NCBI GenBank assembly: GCA_031289255.1
Contig: JAITPW010000084.1
Span: 1-58,164, forward strand
DNA from: Bacilli bacterium
Lineage (GTDB): Bacteria; Bacillota_I; Bacilli_A; JAJDGJ01
Length of the DNA: 58,164 bases
Reading direction: 5' to 3'
Shown here: in pieces, positions 40,812-51,582 of the stretch
Layout: every line of letters begins with the position of its first letter
Numbering within the stretch: position 1 is the first letter of the stretch
Made by a program: the position numbers and the translations under genes
Notes under the pieces: model-generated
What the model was told of the DNA's origin: nothing
What the model saw: only the letters and a program-made list of their open reading frames with translations
Database searches by the model: none

Positions 40812-40817
40812 CTATTT

Positions 40818-41390
40818 CTACCACACTTTCCTATTATTCTTTTTATCATAAATTAATGCTCCTATTATCCCAATAATAAATCCTGAAACATGACCAACAA
40901 GACTGATACCAGGGGTAAAGGAAATTATTAAGTTAATAATAATTACTGGAGCAAATGATCTTAACATTGCTCGATTACCACTTTTATATTCTTGATAAGC
41001 GTAATATATTAATATACCAAATATTCCATATATTGCTCCACTTGCTCCTACAGTAATGGTGTATGATTGTAATGATGTAGCAATCCCACTACCAATTCCA
41101 GCAATAAAGTAAATAATAATGGAAAAACGTTCTTCCATAAACATCGGTACAATACTAGCAAGCGAATATAATGCCATCATATTAAGTACTAAATGCATTA
41201 AATTACCATGGTCAAACATGTAAGTTATTAAACGATAATACTCATGTTGATTATAGACTAATTCTTTTTGAACTCCAAATAAAAGATAATCTTCATATCC
41301 TTCACTTTGAGCAAAGAAAATCATTCCAAAATAGGCGATTATCGTTATAATAATAATTAGTATTAATCCATTTAGTTTATTACGATTCAT
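40818..41390 (-). CDS. rhomboid family intramembrane serine protease
   Basis: 190 aa with 6 TM segments. Motifs are HGNLMHL, the catalytic GASGAIYG, and a downstream His in GHVSGF. Confidence 0.85.
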   Translation of the reverse strand: MNRNKLNGLILIIIITIIAYFGMIFFAQSEGYEDYLLFGVQKELVYNQHEYYRLITYMFDHGNLMHLVLNMMALYSLASIVPMFMEERFSIIIYFIAGIGSGIATSLQSYTITVGASGAIYGIFGILIYYAYQEYKSGNRAMLRSFAPVIIINLIISFTPGISLVGHVSGFIIGIIGALIYDKKNNRKVW

Positions 41391-41871
41391 TCTTTTTTAC
41401 CATTACTACTGCTTGAGCAACAACACCTTTTTCTTGACCGATAAAGCCAAGCGTTTCAGCACATGTTGCTTTGATATTTATCAAATCATCAGGAATTAAT
41501 AACACCTTAGCAATATTACCTTTCATATCCTTAATATATTTTTGTAGACGGGGTTTTTCAATAATGATTATACTATCAATATTAACAATATGATATGCTT
41601 TTTTTAATAATATTTCATTAATAACACTCAACATTTCTAAAGAAGAGCGATTCTTATTAATATCATCTTGATCACAAAAATGAGTTCCAATATCACCTAA
41701 ACCCATTGCTCCAATTATGGCTTCAATGATTGCATGAACTAAAACATCACCATCACTATGAGCTACACAACCTTTGTCATAATCAATATGACAACCTCCT
41801 AATATTAAAGGAAGATTTAAAGCTAATCGATGAATGTCAGTTGATTGTCCGATTCGGTACAAACAAATCAT
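41380..41871 (-). CDS. ispF: 2-C-methyl-D-erythritol 2,4-cyclodiphosphate synthase
   Basis: It has RIGQSTDIHRL, HSDGDVLVHA and a C-terminal TCAETLGFIG. AGGAG abuts the ATG at 41871, so TTG 41862 (giving MYRIGQ...) may be the real start. Confidence 0.9.
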   Translation of the reverse strand: MICLYRIGQSTDIHRLALNLPLILGGCHIDYDKGCVAHSDGDVLVHAIIEAIIGAMGLGDIGTHFCDQDDINKNRSSLEMLSVINEILLKKAYHIVNIDSIIIIEKPRLQKYIKDMKGNIAKVLLIPDDLINIKATCAETLGFIGQEKGVVAQAVVMVKKNES

Positions 41872-41970
41872 CTCCTTTTTTTTATTCCTTTACATTATAT
41901 AATAAATCAGCTTTGATATCTATACATACTATGAAATAAACTACTTGTGAACTCGCAAATTTATTCACCT

Positions 41971-41996
41971 AAAAAGCTGGTCAAACCAGCTTTTTA
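41971..41996 (-). terminator. intrinsic terminator after serS
   Basis: AAAAAGCTGGT-CAA-ACCAGCTTTTT. Confidence 0.85.
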
Positions 41997-43271
41997 TTAT
42001 AATTTTTCAATTTTAGTAATACCACCCATATAAGGAACTAAGGCTTCAGGAATAATAACACTACCATCAGCTTGTTGGTAGTTTTCTAAAATAGCTGAGA
42101 AACATCTTCCAACAGCAACTCCTGATCCATTAAGGGTATGAACAAACTCTACTTTACCATTTTCATCTTTAAATCTTATATTAGCACGACGAGCTTGGAA
42201 ATCAAGACAATTTGAACAACTACTTATTTCACGATAAGTATCAAACCCTGGCATCCATACTTCTAAGTCATTAGTGTTTGCTGAACAAAATCCTAAATCA
42301 CCAGTCGCTAATTGCATAACACGATATGGTAATTTTAATTTTTGTAAAACTGTTTCCGCATTTGTCGTTAATAAATCCAAAGCTTCATATGAATGATCAG
42401 GGTGAGCATACATTACTAGCTCTACTTTATTAAATTGATGTTGTCTAATTAATCCTCTTGTATCGCGACCAGCTGAACCTGCCTCTGCTCTAAAACAAGG
42501 CGTATAAGCAGTAAATCTCATTGGAAAACTAGGGTTTTGAATAATTTCATCTTGATGATAGTTGGTAAGTGGTACCTCTGCTGTTGGAATTAACCAATAA
42601 TCAGTCCCTCTAACATTAAACATATCTTCTTCAAATTTTGGTAATTGTCCTGTTCCAAACATTGTCTTTGAATTAACCATAAATGGTGGAATCATTTCGA
42701 AATAACCATGCTCAGTAGTATGAAGGTCAAGCATGAAAGCAATCAAAGCTCTTTCTAATTTAGCTCCTAGTCCTTTATAAATCGCAAATCTACTTCCTGT
42801 TATCTTAGCGGCTCTTTCGAAGTCGACTATATCTAATCCTTCAGCTACTTCGTAATGTGGTTTTGCTTTAAAATCAAACTTAGTTGGTTCTTCCCATACT
42901 TTTAAGCAGACATTATGATCTTCATCACCAATTGCCACTGTTTCACGTGGAACATTAGGAGTCATTGCTAAAGCATCAAATATTCTCTTTTCAACATCAG
43001 CAATCTTAAGATCTAATTCTTTAATATCATCTCCAAATTGACCAACTTCAGCCATTAACGCCGTTGTGTCTTCACCATTTCTTTTCATTTCACCAATTTT
43101 TTTAGATTCTTCATTTCTAATACTTTTAAGTTCTTCTACTTTTTGAACAAGGACTCTTCTTTCCTCATCCCATATAACCACATCTCTTAAATAACTAAAG
43201 TCATCTCCTCTCGTATTTAATCTTTCAATAATTGTTTCGACATCTTCTCTTAATTTTTTAATATCTAACAT
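41997..43271 (-). CDS. serS: seryl-tRNA synthetase
   Basis: The start is most likely ATG 43271 ([10 protein letters not shown]) after AAGAGGGA. It contains class II aaRS motifs, including TGQLPKF. Confidence 0.95.
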   Translation of the reverse strand: MLDIKKLREDVETIIERLNTRGDDFSYLRDVVIWDEERRVLVQKVEELKSIRNEESKKIGEMKRNGEDTTALMAEVGQFGDDIKELDLKIADVEKRIFDALAMTPNVPRETVAIGDEDHNVCLKVWEEPTKFDFKAKPHYEVAEGLDIVDFERAAKITGSRFAIYKGLGAKLERALIAFMLDLHTTEHGYFEMIPPFMVNSKTMFGTGQLPKFEEDMFNVRGTDYWLIPTAEVPLTNYHQDEIIQNPSFPMRFTAYTPCFRAEAGSAGRDTRGLIRQHQFNKVELVMYAHPDHSYEALDLLTTNAETVLQKLKLPYRVMQLATGDLGFCSANTNDLEVWMPGFDTYREISSCSNCLDFQARRANIRFKDENGKVEFVHTLNGSGVAVGRCFSAILENYQQADGSVIIPEALVPYMGGITKIEKL

Positions 43272-43299
43272 ACAATTCCCTCTTTTCATAATTTTATAA

Positions 43300-43540
43300 T
43301 AAAAAAAGACTTATTCATCCTAAGGGACGAATAAGCCGTGGTGCCACCCAATTTTATTGTTCCACGTGAAACATGAAACAACCTTAATAATGATAACGGT
43401 TTCAGACCGAATATAGATACTTAAATATTTCCCTATATCACTCATGGGTTGATTTCAAATAATGTTATATTAGCTTCCACCAAATGCTAACTCTCTTCAA
43501 TAACTAATTATTTTACTTATCCCAATCATCGATTTACATG
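43300..43540 (-). promoter_or_regulatory. T-box riboswitch leader of serS (Ser specifier)
   Basis: On the minus strand I see an AGAGAG bulge, a distal loop TTTGGTGGAAGC, and an S-turn AAGTA. The T-box sequence AATTGGGTGGCACCACGG is the reverse complement of 43336-43353. A terminator CTTATTCGTCC-CTTA-GGATGAATAAG plus T7 lies at 43301-43335. The proposed specifier is UCA at 43450-43452, followed by A. Confidence 0.85.
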
Positions 43541-43545
43541 ACACT

Positions 43546-43574
43546 ATTATAAAACTTTTCTTACTCAATGTCAA
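43546..43574 (-). promoter_or_regulatory. consensus sigma-A promoter of the serS leader
   Basis: The minus strand reads TTGACA (43569-43574), a 17-nt spacer, then TATAAT (43546-43551). Confidence 0.8.
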
Positions 43575-43658
43575 ACCTTTTTCTAATAGCATTTTATATA
43601 ATAATATTATATCAGAGTATAATATTATTTAAACATAATGTTTATTCATAGTATATAA

Positions 43659-44387
43659 TCATTTATTAAAACCTAATTTTATCCTCAAATATGTCCTAAA
43701 CATAAAGAACAAAGCTTTTGGAAAAGTTTTAAAATTACTTAATGATGCTGTTAAAGCAGCATCATGTTTTACATAAACATAACAAATATCTCTAGTAATA
43801 TAAATGCTCTGTGCTTGTTGATAAAGTTCCATCATATAATAAATATCTTCAAACATCATAATTCTATCAAAAATAATATTTCTTTCTTTTAAAAATGATC
43901 TCTTAACAATTTTATTCCAAGCCCAATTTTGTTTAAATACTAATCTAGGCATATCCTTAATAGTAATCATTTTCGCTTTATTAGTATAATGCCAAATCTT
44001 GTTTCTTTTATTAAAATCAGTCTCATAAACTGAACAAATTAAAACATCTGGATTAAAATCATTAAGATGCTTAACAACTTTTGCTAAAGAATCCTTTTCA
44101 TATAAATAATCATCAACATCAACAAACCAAATATACTCGCCACTCGCTTGCTCCATACCATAATTACGAGCAATAGCATGACCATTATTTTCAGTATTAA
44201 TTAAGCTAATTTTGTAATTATAATGACTTTTAATATAATTCTCGACTATTAACTGACTATCATCAGTAGAACCATCATTAATAATAATTATCTCCCAATC
44301 ATCATAGCTCTGATTAATAATACTATCTAAACATTTATTTATAAATTTCATTCCATTATAGATTGGAATAATAAAAGTAATTTTCAT
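43659..44387 (-). CDS. family 2 glycosyltransferase
   Basis: 242 aa with IIPIYNG, INDGSTDDS and a DVDD (DxD) motif. Confidence 0.85.
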   Translation of the reverse strand: MKITFIIPIYNGMKFINKCLDSIINQSYDDWEIIIINDGSTDDSQLIVENYIKSHYNYKISLINTENNGHAIARNYGMEQASGEYIWFVDVDDYLYEKDSLAKVVKHLNDFNPDVLICSVYETDFNKRNKIWHYTNKAKMITIKDMPRLVFKQNWAWNKIVKRSFLKERNIIFDRIMMFEDIYYMMELYQQAQSIYITRDICYVYVKHDAALTASLSNFKTFPKALFFMFRTYLRIKLGFNK

Positions 44388-44400
44388 ATTATCGCACCTA

Positions 44401-44430
44401 TAAAATAAGAACTACCAAGTAGTTCTTATT
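44401..44430 (-). terminator. intrinsic terminator after gyrA
   Basis: ATAAGAACTAC-CAA-GTAGTTCTTAT followed by a T-rich tail on the minus strand. Confidence 0.75.
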
Positions 44431-44439
44431 CTTTCTTTT

Positions 44440-46938
44440 TTATTCTTCACTTTTCTTTTCATTTTCAATTTCAATTTCTATAATGTCTTCAATATCTTCT
44501 TCCAAATTATCGACAACACTGATATTAGAAACGAAATTACCTTCATTAACTTTAACTAATCGAACACCCATAGTTGCTCGTCCTTTTATACCAACTTGTT
44601 CAATTGGGAATCTAATGATGATACCATCACTAGTTACTAAAATAATATCTTGTTTAATGTTATCGACAGCCTTTAAACACATTAGATCGCCATTACGTTC
44701 TGATATTTTTAAAGTTATAACCCCTTGTGCTCCTCGATTAGATTTACGATATTCCTCAACATCAGATAACTTACCAAATCCTAATTCACTAACTACTAAT
44801 AGTTTTTTTCCTTCAGCTGATGTTGACATACCAATAACTTTAGCATCATTTGGTAAACGCATTGCACGTACTCCAGCAGCACTACGTCCCATAGCTCTAA
44901 TATTCTCTTCTGCAAATCTAATCAATTTACCTTTATTAGAAGCAATATAAATCTCTTCATCACCATTAGTAATATTAACTTGAACTAATTCATCATCATC
45001 TTTTAAAGAAATAGCTTTTTTACCATTAGCTTGAATACGACTAAATTCTTTTAAAACAACTCTTTTCGCAATACCCTTCTTCGTAATAAAGAATAAATAT
45101 TTATCTTCACAACCATCTTTTAAAGCCAGAATTGTTTTAATCGTTTCATCTTTTTCTAGTTGTAATAAATTAACAATCGGAATTCCTTTAGCAATACGAC
45201 TAGCTTCAGGTATCTGGTAAGCCTTTAAACGATAGACTTTTCCCAGATTTGAAAAAGCTAAGACATAATCATGAGTTGTCATCGTAATCATTTGTTCGAC
45301 ATCATCACCATCTTTAGTTCCCATTCCTTTTACACCACGTCCACCTCTATTTTGTAGACGATAAGTATCTTCAGGTAATCTTTTAATATAACCACCTGAA
45401 GTTAAGGTAATAATGACATTTTCGACAGGAATTAAGTCTTCATCTTCTAAATCAAAATCACCACTAATAATTTCAGTATAACGTTCATCACCAAATTTAT
45501 CTTTAATTTCATTTAATTCATCAATAATTATTTGTAATACCCGACTATTGTTTGCAAGAATATCTTTATAATCAGCTATTGCGATTTCTAATGCAGTTAA
45601 TTCATCATATAATTTATCTCGAGCTAACCCAGTTAAACGAGCTAATCTCATATCAAGAATAGCTTTAGCTTGAATATCACTCAATCCAAATTCTTCTCCC
45701 ATAATATTCTTTGCTTGAGCATCATCATAAGAACCTCTAATAATTTGAATAAAACGATCAATATTATCTAAAGCAATTTGTAACCCTCTTAAAATATGAG
45801 CTCTTTCTTCCGCTTTTCTTAAGCGATAAGCTGTTCTTCTTTCAATAACTTCAATCTGATGTTTAACATAGTAACTGATCATATCTTTAAGATTTAATAA
45901 TACGGGACGACCATCAACTAAAGCTAAATTATTGATACTAAAAGAAGATTGCAAAGGAGTTAATTTATATAAATTATTTAAAACAACTTCTGCATTAGTA
46001 TCCTTTTTTAATTCAATAATAATTTTAATACCTTCACGATTAGATTCATCTCTTAAATCAGAGATCCCTTCTAATTTTTTTTCATTAACTAAATCTGCAA
46101 TCCTTTTTACCAAGTTAGCTTTATTAACCATATAAGGTATTTCTTTAACTACAATTCGTTTACGATTATTACGCATTTCTTCAATAACACAACAAGAACG
46201 CATCATTACTCGTCCCTTACCTGTTTCATAAGCATTTCTTATTCCTGAACGTCCTAAAATCATTGCTCCTGTTGGAAAATCAGGACCGGTAATATGTTCT
46301 TCATTTAATTGGGCAATCGTAATATCCGGATTTTCAATATAAGCTAAGATTCCAGAAATAACTTCAGTAAGATTGTGAGGAGCCATATTAGTCGCCATTC
46401 CTACAGCAATTCCCGTTGAACCATTCACTAATAAATTAGGAAATCTGGTTGGAAGAACCGCCGGCTCTAATTCACGAGCGTCATAGTTATCGACAAAATC
46501 TACTGTTTCTTCATTAATATCACTTACTAATAATGAAGCAAATTTAGACATTTTAGCTTCAGTATAACGCATTGCTGCTGCTTCATCTCCATCAATTGAT
46601 CCAAAATTTCCTTGGCCAATAACTAAGGGATAACGAAAACTAAAATCCTGCGCCATTCTAACCATCGCATCATAAACCGAACTATCACCATGAGGGTGAT
46701 ACTTACCTAGTACTTCCCCCACAACTGTAGCTGATTTACGAAAACCTTTTTCAGGTTGTAAATTTAATTGATCCATTGCATAAATAATCCGACGATGGAC
46801 TGGTTTTAAACCATCTCTAACATCAGGTAAAGCTCGTGAAACGATAACTGACATTGAATATGCCAAAAATGATTCCTTCATTTCCCTGGAAATATTAACA
46901 CCAATTATTTTATCATAATTATTTTCTTCCATACTCAA
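44440..46938 (-). CDS. gyrA: DNA gyrase subunit A
   Basis: 832 aa with the active-site region [12 protein letters not shown] and a QRDR-like [18 protein letters not shown]. Confidence 0.97.
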   Translation of the reverse strand: MSMEENNYDKIIGVNISREMKESFLAYSMSVIVSRALPDVRDGLKPVHRRIIYAMDQLNLQPEKGFRKSATVVGEVLGKYHPHGDSSVYDAMVRMAQDFSFRYPLVIGQGNFGSIDGDEAAAMRYTEAKMSKFASLLVSDINEETVDFVDNYDARELEPAVLPTRFPNLLVNGSTGIAVGMATNMAPHNLTEVISGILAYIENPDITIAQLNEEHITGPDFPTGAMILGRSGIRNAYETGKGRVMMRSCCVIEEMRNNRKRIVVKEIPYMVNKANLVKRIADLVNEKKLEGISDLRDESNREGIKIIIELKKDTNAEVVLNNLYKLTPLQSSFSINNLALVDGRPVLLNLKDMISYYVKHQIEVIERRTAYRLRKAEERAHILRGLQIALDNIDRFIQIIRGSYDDAQAKNIMGEEFGLSDIQAKAILDMRLARLTGLARDKLYDELTALEIAIADYKDILANNSRVLQIIIDELNEIKDKFGDERYTEIISGDFDLEDEDLIPVENVIITLTSGGYIKRLPEDTYRLQNRGGRGVKGMGTKDGDDVEQMITMTTHDYVLAFSNLGKVYRLKAYQIPEASRIAKGIPIVNLLQLEKDETIKTILALKDGCEDKYLFFITKKGIAKRVVLKEFSRIQANGKKAISLKDDDELVQVNITNGDEEIYIASNKGKLIRFAEENIRAMGRSAAGVRAMRLPNDAKVIGMSTSAEGKKLLVVSELGFGKLSDVEEYRKSNRGAQGVITLKISERNGDLMCLKAVDNIKQDIILVTSDGIIIRFPIEQVGIKGRATMGVRLVKVNEGNFVSNISVVDNLEEDIEDIIEIEIENEKKSEE

Positions 46939-46942
46939 CCTC

Positions 46943-48922
46943 CTAAATATCTAAGTTAGTAACATATTGAGCATTATTTTGAATAAACTCTTTACGAGGA
47001 GCAACTTCTTCTCCCATTAACATACTAAAAACTTCACTTGCTTCTTCAGCATCATCAATATCAACTTTTAATAATATACGGTGTTCAGGATTCATGGTTG
47101 TTTCCCATAATTGTTCGGGATTCATTTCTCCAAGTCCTTTGTATCTTTGAATATTTATTTTTTGATTCTCATTAAAAACTTGTTTGATTTCTTCTAATTT
47201 CTTTTCATCATAAACATACTCTAATTTTTTACCTTGTTCAACTTTAAATAAAGGTGGTTGGGCAATATATAAATAACCATTTAAGATTAATTCCGGCATA
47301 AAACGATAAAAGAATGTAAGCATTAAAGTCTTAATATGAGAACCATCAACATCAGCATCAGTCATTATAACAATTTTATGATAACGAGCTTTCTTGATAT
47401 CAAATTCATCTTCAACACCAGTTCCTAAAGCGGTAATCATTGATCTTATTTCTTCATTACCATAAATACGATCAATTCTTGATTTAGCTTTTTCAACATT
47501 TAATATTTTACCTCGTAATGGTAGAATAGCTTGCGTATTACTATCACGACCTTGTTTAGCACTACCACCAGCTGAGTTACCTTCGACAATATATAATTCA
47601 CATTCTTCCGCAACTTTTGATGAACAATCAGCTAATTTACCTGGTAAGCTTGAACTTTCTAAAGCACTTTTCCTTCTCGTTGCATTACGGGCACTTTCAG
47701 CCGCTTTACGAGCTAATTGCGCACTAATTGATTTTTCAACAATCATTTTTGAAACATTAGGATTTTCTAACATAAATTCATGTAAAGAATGACCAAATAT
47801 TTTTGAAATAATTTGTCTAGCATCGGAATTTCCTAATTTAGCTTTAGTTTGACCTTCATAAATGGGATTAGGATGTCTAATTGAAATAATAGCTGTTAAG
47901 CCTTCAAGAGTATCGGCTTGCCCAATACTTTCATCTTTATTTTTTAAGAGATTATTCTTTTTTGCATAGTTATTAATAACCCGAGCAAGAGCCATTCTAA
48001 AACCATCGACATGGGTCCCATGTTCAGTTGTACTAATATTATTACAATAACTAAAGATAGTGCTTTCATAACTTTTATTGTAATGAAAAGCAATCTCAAC
48101 TTCAACACTAGCTTCTCTTAAGGAACCATCGGGATTAGGAATAGAAATTAATTCACTACCTTCACAATAAATAACATTTTCAAATAATGGGCTTCTTTTA
48201 TTAGTATCATCTATAAAAGTAACGTACTCTTTAATTCCACCATCATATTTAAATTCTTCATAGGTATCAGTTCGTTCATCTTTTATTGTTAATTTAAGTC
48301 CTCTTGTTAAAAAGGCCATTTGTCTAATTCTTCTTTTTAAGATATCATAATCAAATTCAGTCGTATCAATAAATATTTCTTTATCAGGTTTAAATTTAAC
48401 TTCTGTACCGGTAAAATCATAACCAGAATCAATTATACTTAAAGGATGAGTTGTCTTTCCTCCATCTTCAAATCTGATGTAATGACGATTCCCTTCTCGA
48501 AATACATTAACTTCTAAATAACTACTTAAATAATTAACAACGGTTGCACCGACTCCATGTAATCCCCCTGATGTATTATATACTTTACTATCGAATTTTC
48601 CCCCTGCATGTAATACCGTAAAGACAGTTTCAATCGTCGAGATATTTGTTTCATTATTAATACCAGTTGGTATCCCTCGACCATTATCTTTAATCGTAAT
48701 TTCATTATCTTTACTAACAATAAGATTAATTTCCGTACAATATCCAGCGATTGCTTCATCGATTGAATTATCAATAATTTCCCAAACTAAATGGTGTAAT
48801 CCTTTACTTGTTGTTGCTCCAATATACATTCCTGGTCGTAAACGTACTGCTTCACGATCTTCTAATGCATGAATATCTTTATCAGAATAACTAGATTGAT
48901 TCATTAATTCAATATCATTCAT
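46943..48922 (-). CDS. gyrB: DNA gyrase subunit B
   Basis: 659 aa with a GHKL ATPase N-terminus ([17 protein letters not shown]) and Toprim [10 protein letters not shown]. Confidence 0.97.
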   Translation of the reverse strand: MNDIELMNQSSYSDKDIHALEDREAVRLRPGMYIGATTSKGLHHLVWEIIDNSIDEAIAGYCTEINLIVSKDNEITIKDNGRGIPTGINNETNISTIETVFTVLHAGGKFDSKVYNTSGGLHGVGATVVNYLSSYLEVNVFREGNRHYIRFEDGGKTTHPLSIIDSGYDFTGTEVKFKPDKEIFIDTTEFDYDILKRRIRQMAFLTRGLKLTIKDERTDTYEEFKYDGGIKEYVTFIDDTNKRSPLFENVIYCEGSELISIPNPDGSLREASVEVEIAFHYNKSYESTIFSYCNNISTTEHGTHVDGFRMALARVINNYAKKNNLLKNKDESIGQADTLEGLTAIISIRHPNPIYEGQTKAKLGNSDARQIISKIFGHSLHEFMLENPNVSKMIVEKSISAQLARKAAESARNATRRKSALESSSLPGKLADCSSKVAEECELYIVEGNSAGGSAKQGRDSNTQAILPLRGKILNVEKAKSRIDRIYGNEEIRSMITALGTGVEDEFDIKKARYHKIVIMTDADVDGSHIKTLMLTFFYRFMPELILNGYLYIAQPPLFKVEQGKKLEYVYDEKKLEEIKQVFNENQKINIQRYKGLGEMNPEQLWETTMNPEHRILLKVDIDDAEEASEVFSMLMGEEVAPRKEFIQNNAQYVTNLDI

Positions 48923-50003
48923 TTATTTCCATCCTTTCAAATTGACCATTATTTACTTTAAATAAATAACTATTTCTTATAAACTCTTTATTAATACCAT
49001 GTAGACTAGTACAAGTAATAAAGGTTTGAATATTATTATTTAATTTCCTAATAAGATTTTCTTGACGATTATTATCAAGTTCAGAGAGAACATCATCTAA
49101 TAAAAAAATAGGATAATTATTAGTTTTTAAATAGATGTATTCTAATAGAGCTAGTTTTAATGATAAAACAATACTTCTTTGTTCACCTTGTGAAGCAAAT
49201 TCACTAGCATTATTACCATTTAAATAAAAAATAATATCATCACGATGAATGCCATTATTAGTTTGATGTAATTGAATATCTTTGTTACGACTATTAAAAA
49301 ATAAATTACTATTAATACTATTATCTAAAGAAAAACTAGAATGATATTTTATTAAAACATCTTTTTCATCATTAGCAATACTTAGATAATATTTATTAAC
49401 TAAAGCATTAATTTCATTAATAAAATTAGTTCGCAACTCATAAATAATCAATCCATACTTAATAAGTTGTTTATCAAAAACATCAAGCATATTATTATCA
49501 ATATTATCTCTTTTTAAATAAATATTTCTTTGTTTTAAAACATAATAATAATTAGCAAGAGCATCTAAATATAATTGATCTATTTTAGATAACTCAATAT
49601 CAAGTAATTTACGGCGATTACTAGGACTACCTTTTATTAAAAATAAATCCTCAGGAACAAATAAAACAATATTAATTAAACCAAAAATACTTTTTAATTT
49701 AGTTATTTTATTATTATCTAAATTAATTTCTTTGTTTTTTTCAAAAAAGAAAGTTATATCATGAATAAAATCATTTTCTGAAAGTTTTCCTTCTAAAAAG
49801 AAATTATTAGCTTTAAAATTAATTAACTCTTTTAAATTATTAGTTTTAAAACTTTTGGTAAATGATAATAAATATAATGCTTCTAATAAATTAGTTTTTC
49901 CTTGGGCATTATTGCCAATAAATAAATTTATTCTCTCACAAAAAAATAATTCTTGAAAATCAATATTTCTAAAATTAATTAATTTTAAATTATTAAAAAT
50001 CAT
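48915..50003 (-). CDS. recF: DNA replication and repair protein RecF
   Basis: 362 aa with Walker A GNNAQGKTNLLEA and the signature SQGEQRS. Confidence 0.92.
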   Translation of the reverse strand: MIFNNLKLINFRNIDFQELFFCERINLFIGNNAQGKTNLLEALYLLSFTKSFKTNNLKELINFKANNFFLEGKLSENDFIHDITFFFEKNKEINLDNNKITKLKSIFGLINIVLFVPEDLFLIKGSPSNRRKLLDIELSKIDQLYLDALANYYYVLKQRNIYLKRDNIDNNMLDVFDKQLIKYGLIIYELRTNFINEINALVNKYYLSIANDEKDVLIKYHSSFSLDNSINSNLFFNSRNKDIQLHQTNNGIHRDDIIFYLNGNNASEFASQGEQRSIVLSLKLALLEYIYLKTNNYPIFLLDDVLSELDNNRQENLIRKLNNNIQTFITCTSLHGINKEFIRNSYLFKVNNGQFERMEINE

Positions 50004-50208
50004 TAGTTATTTTAATTAAATTATCATTAACATTGATAATATCATTAACATATAATTTACGTCCTCTTCTAGTTTCAGATATACCATTAACTAGAACATC
50101 ATTTTCTAAAAGATAATACTTAACTTCTCCGCCAGAACTCACAAAATTCTCAAATTTTAGTAATTGAGAAATTGTAATATATTCTTGTTTTATTTTAATA
50201 TTTTTCAT
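49993..50208 (-). CDS. yaaA: S4-like RNA-binding protein YaaA
   Basis: About 71 aa, in the conserved slot between dnaN and recF. The probable start is ATG 50208. Confidence 0.75.
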   Translation of the reverse strand: MKNIKIKQEYITISQLLKFENFVSSGGEVKYYLLENDVLVNGISETRRGRKLYVNDIINVNDNLIKITNDF

Positions 50209-50292
50209 ATGTATCACTCATTAATTATAACATATTTTAGAGTAAAAATCAAAAAGCACTTAATTAAATTTATAGTATTATTAAATAATAAA

Positions 50293-50327
50293 AGAAAAAA
50301 AAATTGAAAAATTATTCAATTTTTTTA
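50293..50327 (-). terminator. hairpin/terminator after dnaN
   Basis: AAATTGAA-N6-TTCAATTT flanked by an A-run and a T-run. Confidence 0.55.
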
Positions 50328-50344
50328 TTGATAAAAATATTTAT

Positions 50345-51454
50345 TTAAAATGGATTTTTTACTGGTAATATTAATTGAATTAAATTATTATTGTTTTCTT
50401 GTTCTAAAATAATAGGATTCATTTTACCATTAAATTGAAATTTAATATTATCTTCTTTAAAAGTATTTAAAGCCTCAATAACATACTTTGAATTAAAAGA
50501 AACTTTTATTTCATTTCCAATATAATTAATGTAATCTAAATTTTCATTAATACTACCTACTTCTTTATTATTTGAAGAAATTGATAAAATATCAACATTT
50601 TTTTCCAAATTAACGGTAAAGTTTTGCGTATTAATCGATAAAATATTAGCTCGATCTAATGCATCTTTAATAACTTTTTTATTTATTACTAATGTACATT
50701 CAAAATTAGTTGGAATTAAATTAGCCGTTGGAGGATAAGATCCTTTAATTAAACGAGAAATAATAATAGTATCATCAAAATTAAATAATATTTTTTGATT
50801 ATCTAAATAAATATCAATATTATCTTTATTATTAGTTAGTAGTTTATTTACTTCAGATAAACATTTTCCAGGAATAATGATATTAAAATCTTTAGTATCA
50901 TTAACTTGAATATTTTTGCGAGCTAGTCTAAAACTATCAGTTGCTACACAAGTTATCACATTATTTTCACAAACAAAGTTAACTCCTGTTAATTGAGGTC
51001 TTAATACTTCGGTTGATACTGCAAAACTAGTTTCATTAATAATATCAATCATATCACTATTATTTAATTTAATTAAGTCACCAGTTAAACTATAATCTAT
51101 ATTAGGAAATTGACTAGCATCAATACCATTAATTTTAAACTCACTTTTATTAGATTTAAATAAAACTAAATCATTACTAATTAATTCTATTTCAATATTT
51201 TCATCGTCCATTTTACGAATAATTTCTTCTACAAATTTTGGGAGAATTAATTTTCCTGTTTTTTTAATACTTATATTTTCAGTAATGTTCGTCTTTATCG
51301 TAATTTCTGTATCACTACCTACTAAAGTTAAGCCTTTTTCATTAACATCAAAGAAAATACCATTTAAAGCTAAGATAGGTGATTTTGCATTAACGACGTG
51401 ACTTACTTTTCTAAGTGAATTAGCAAGGGTTTGTTTATTTATTTTAAATTTCAT
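50345..51454 (-). CDS. dnaN: DNA polymerase III beta sliding clamp
   Basis: The start is ATG 51454 (MKFKINK), because GGAGG lies within the upstream extension of the ORF. It has three-domain clamp length and follows dnaA. Confidence 0.95.
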   Translation of the reverse strand: MKFKINKQTLANSLRKVSHVVNAKSPILALNGIFFDVNEKGLTLVGSDTEITIKTNITENISIKKTGKLILPKFVEEIIRKMDDENIEIELISNDLVLFKSNKSEFKINGIDASQFPNIDYSLTGDLIKLNNSDMIDIINETSFAVSTEVLRPQLTGVNFVCENNVITCVATDSFRLARKNIQVNDTKDFNIIIPGKCLSEVNKLLTNNKDNIDIYLDNQKILFNFDDTIIISRLIKGSYPPTANLIPTNFECTLVINKKVIKDALDRANILSINTQNFTVNLEKNVDILSISSNNKEVGSINENLDYINYIGNEIKVSFNSKYVIEALNTFKEDNIKFQFNGKMNPIILEQENNNNLIQLILPVKNPF

Positions 51455-51469
51455 TGATAATACCTCCAT

Positions 51470-51580
51470 TTATTTTTTAATTATATTAAAATAATTATAA
51501 TAATACAAATATTTTAAGGGGAAAAAGTAAGAATTAATAAGTAATTAGGAATAATTAATGGTGGAAAAAGCTGTGGATAA
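51470..51580. other. oriC part 2: dnaA-dnaN spacer with DnaA boxes and an AT-rich candidate unwinding region
   Basis: TGTGGATAA at 51572-51580 is the reverse complement of the perfect box TTATCCACA. Adjacent to it, GGTGGAAAA at 51560-51568 is a TTTTCCACC-type box. The stretch 51470-51555 is almost pure A/T. Confidence 0.7.
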
Positions 51581-51582
51581 CT

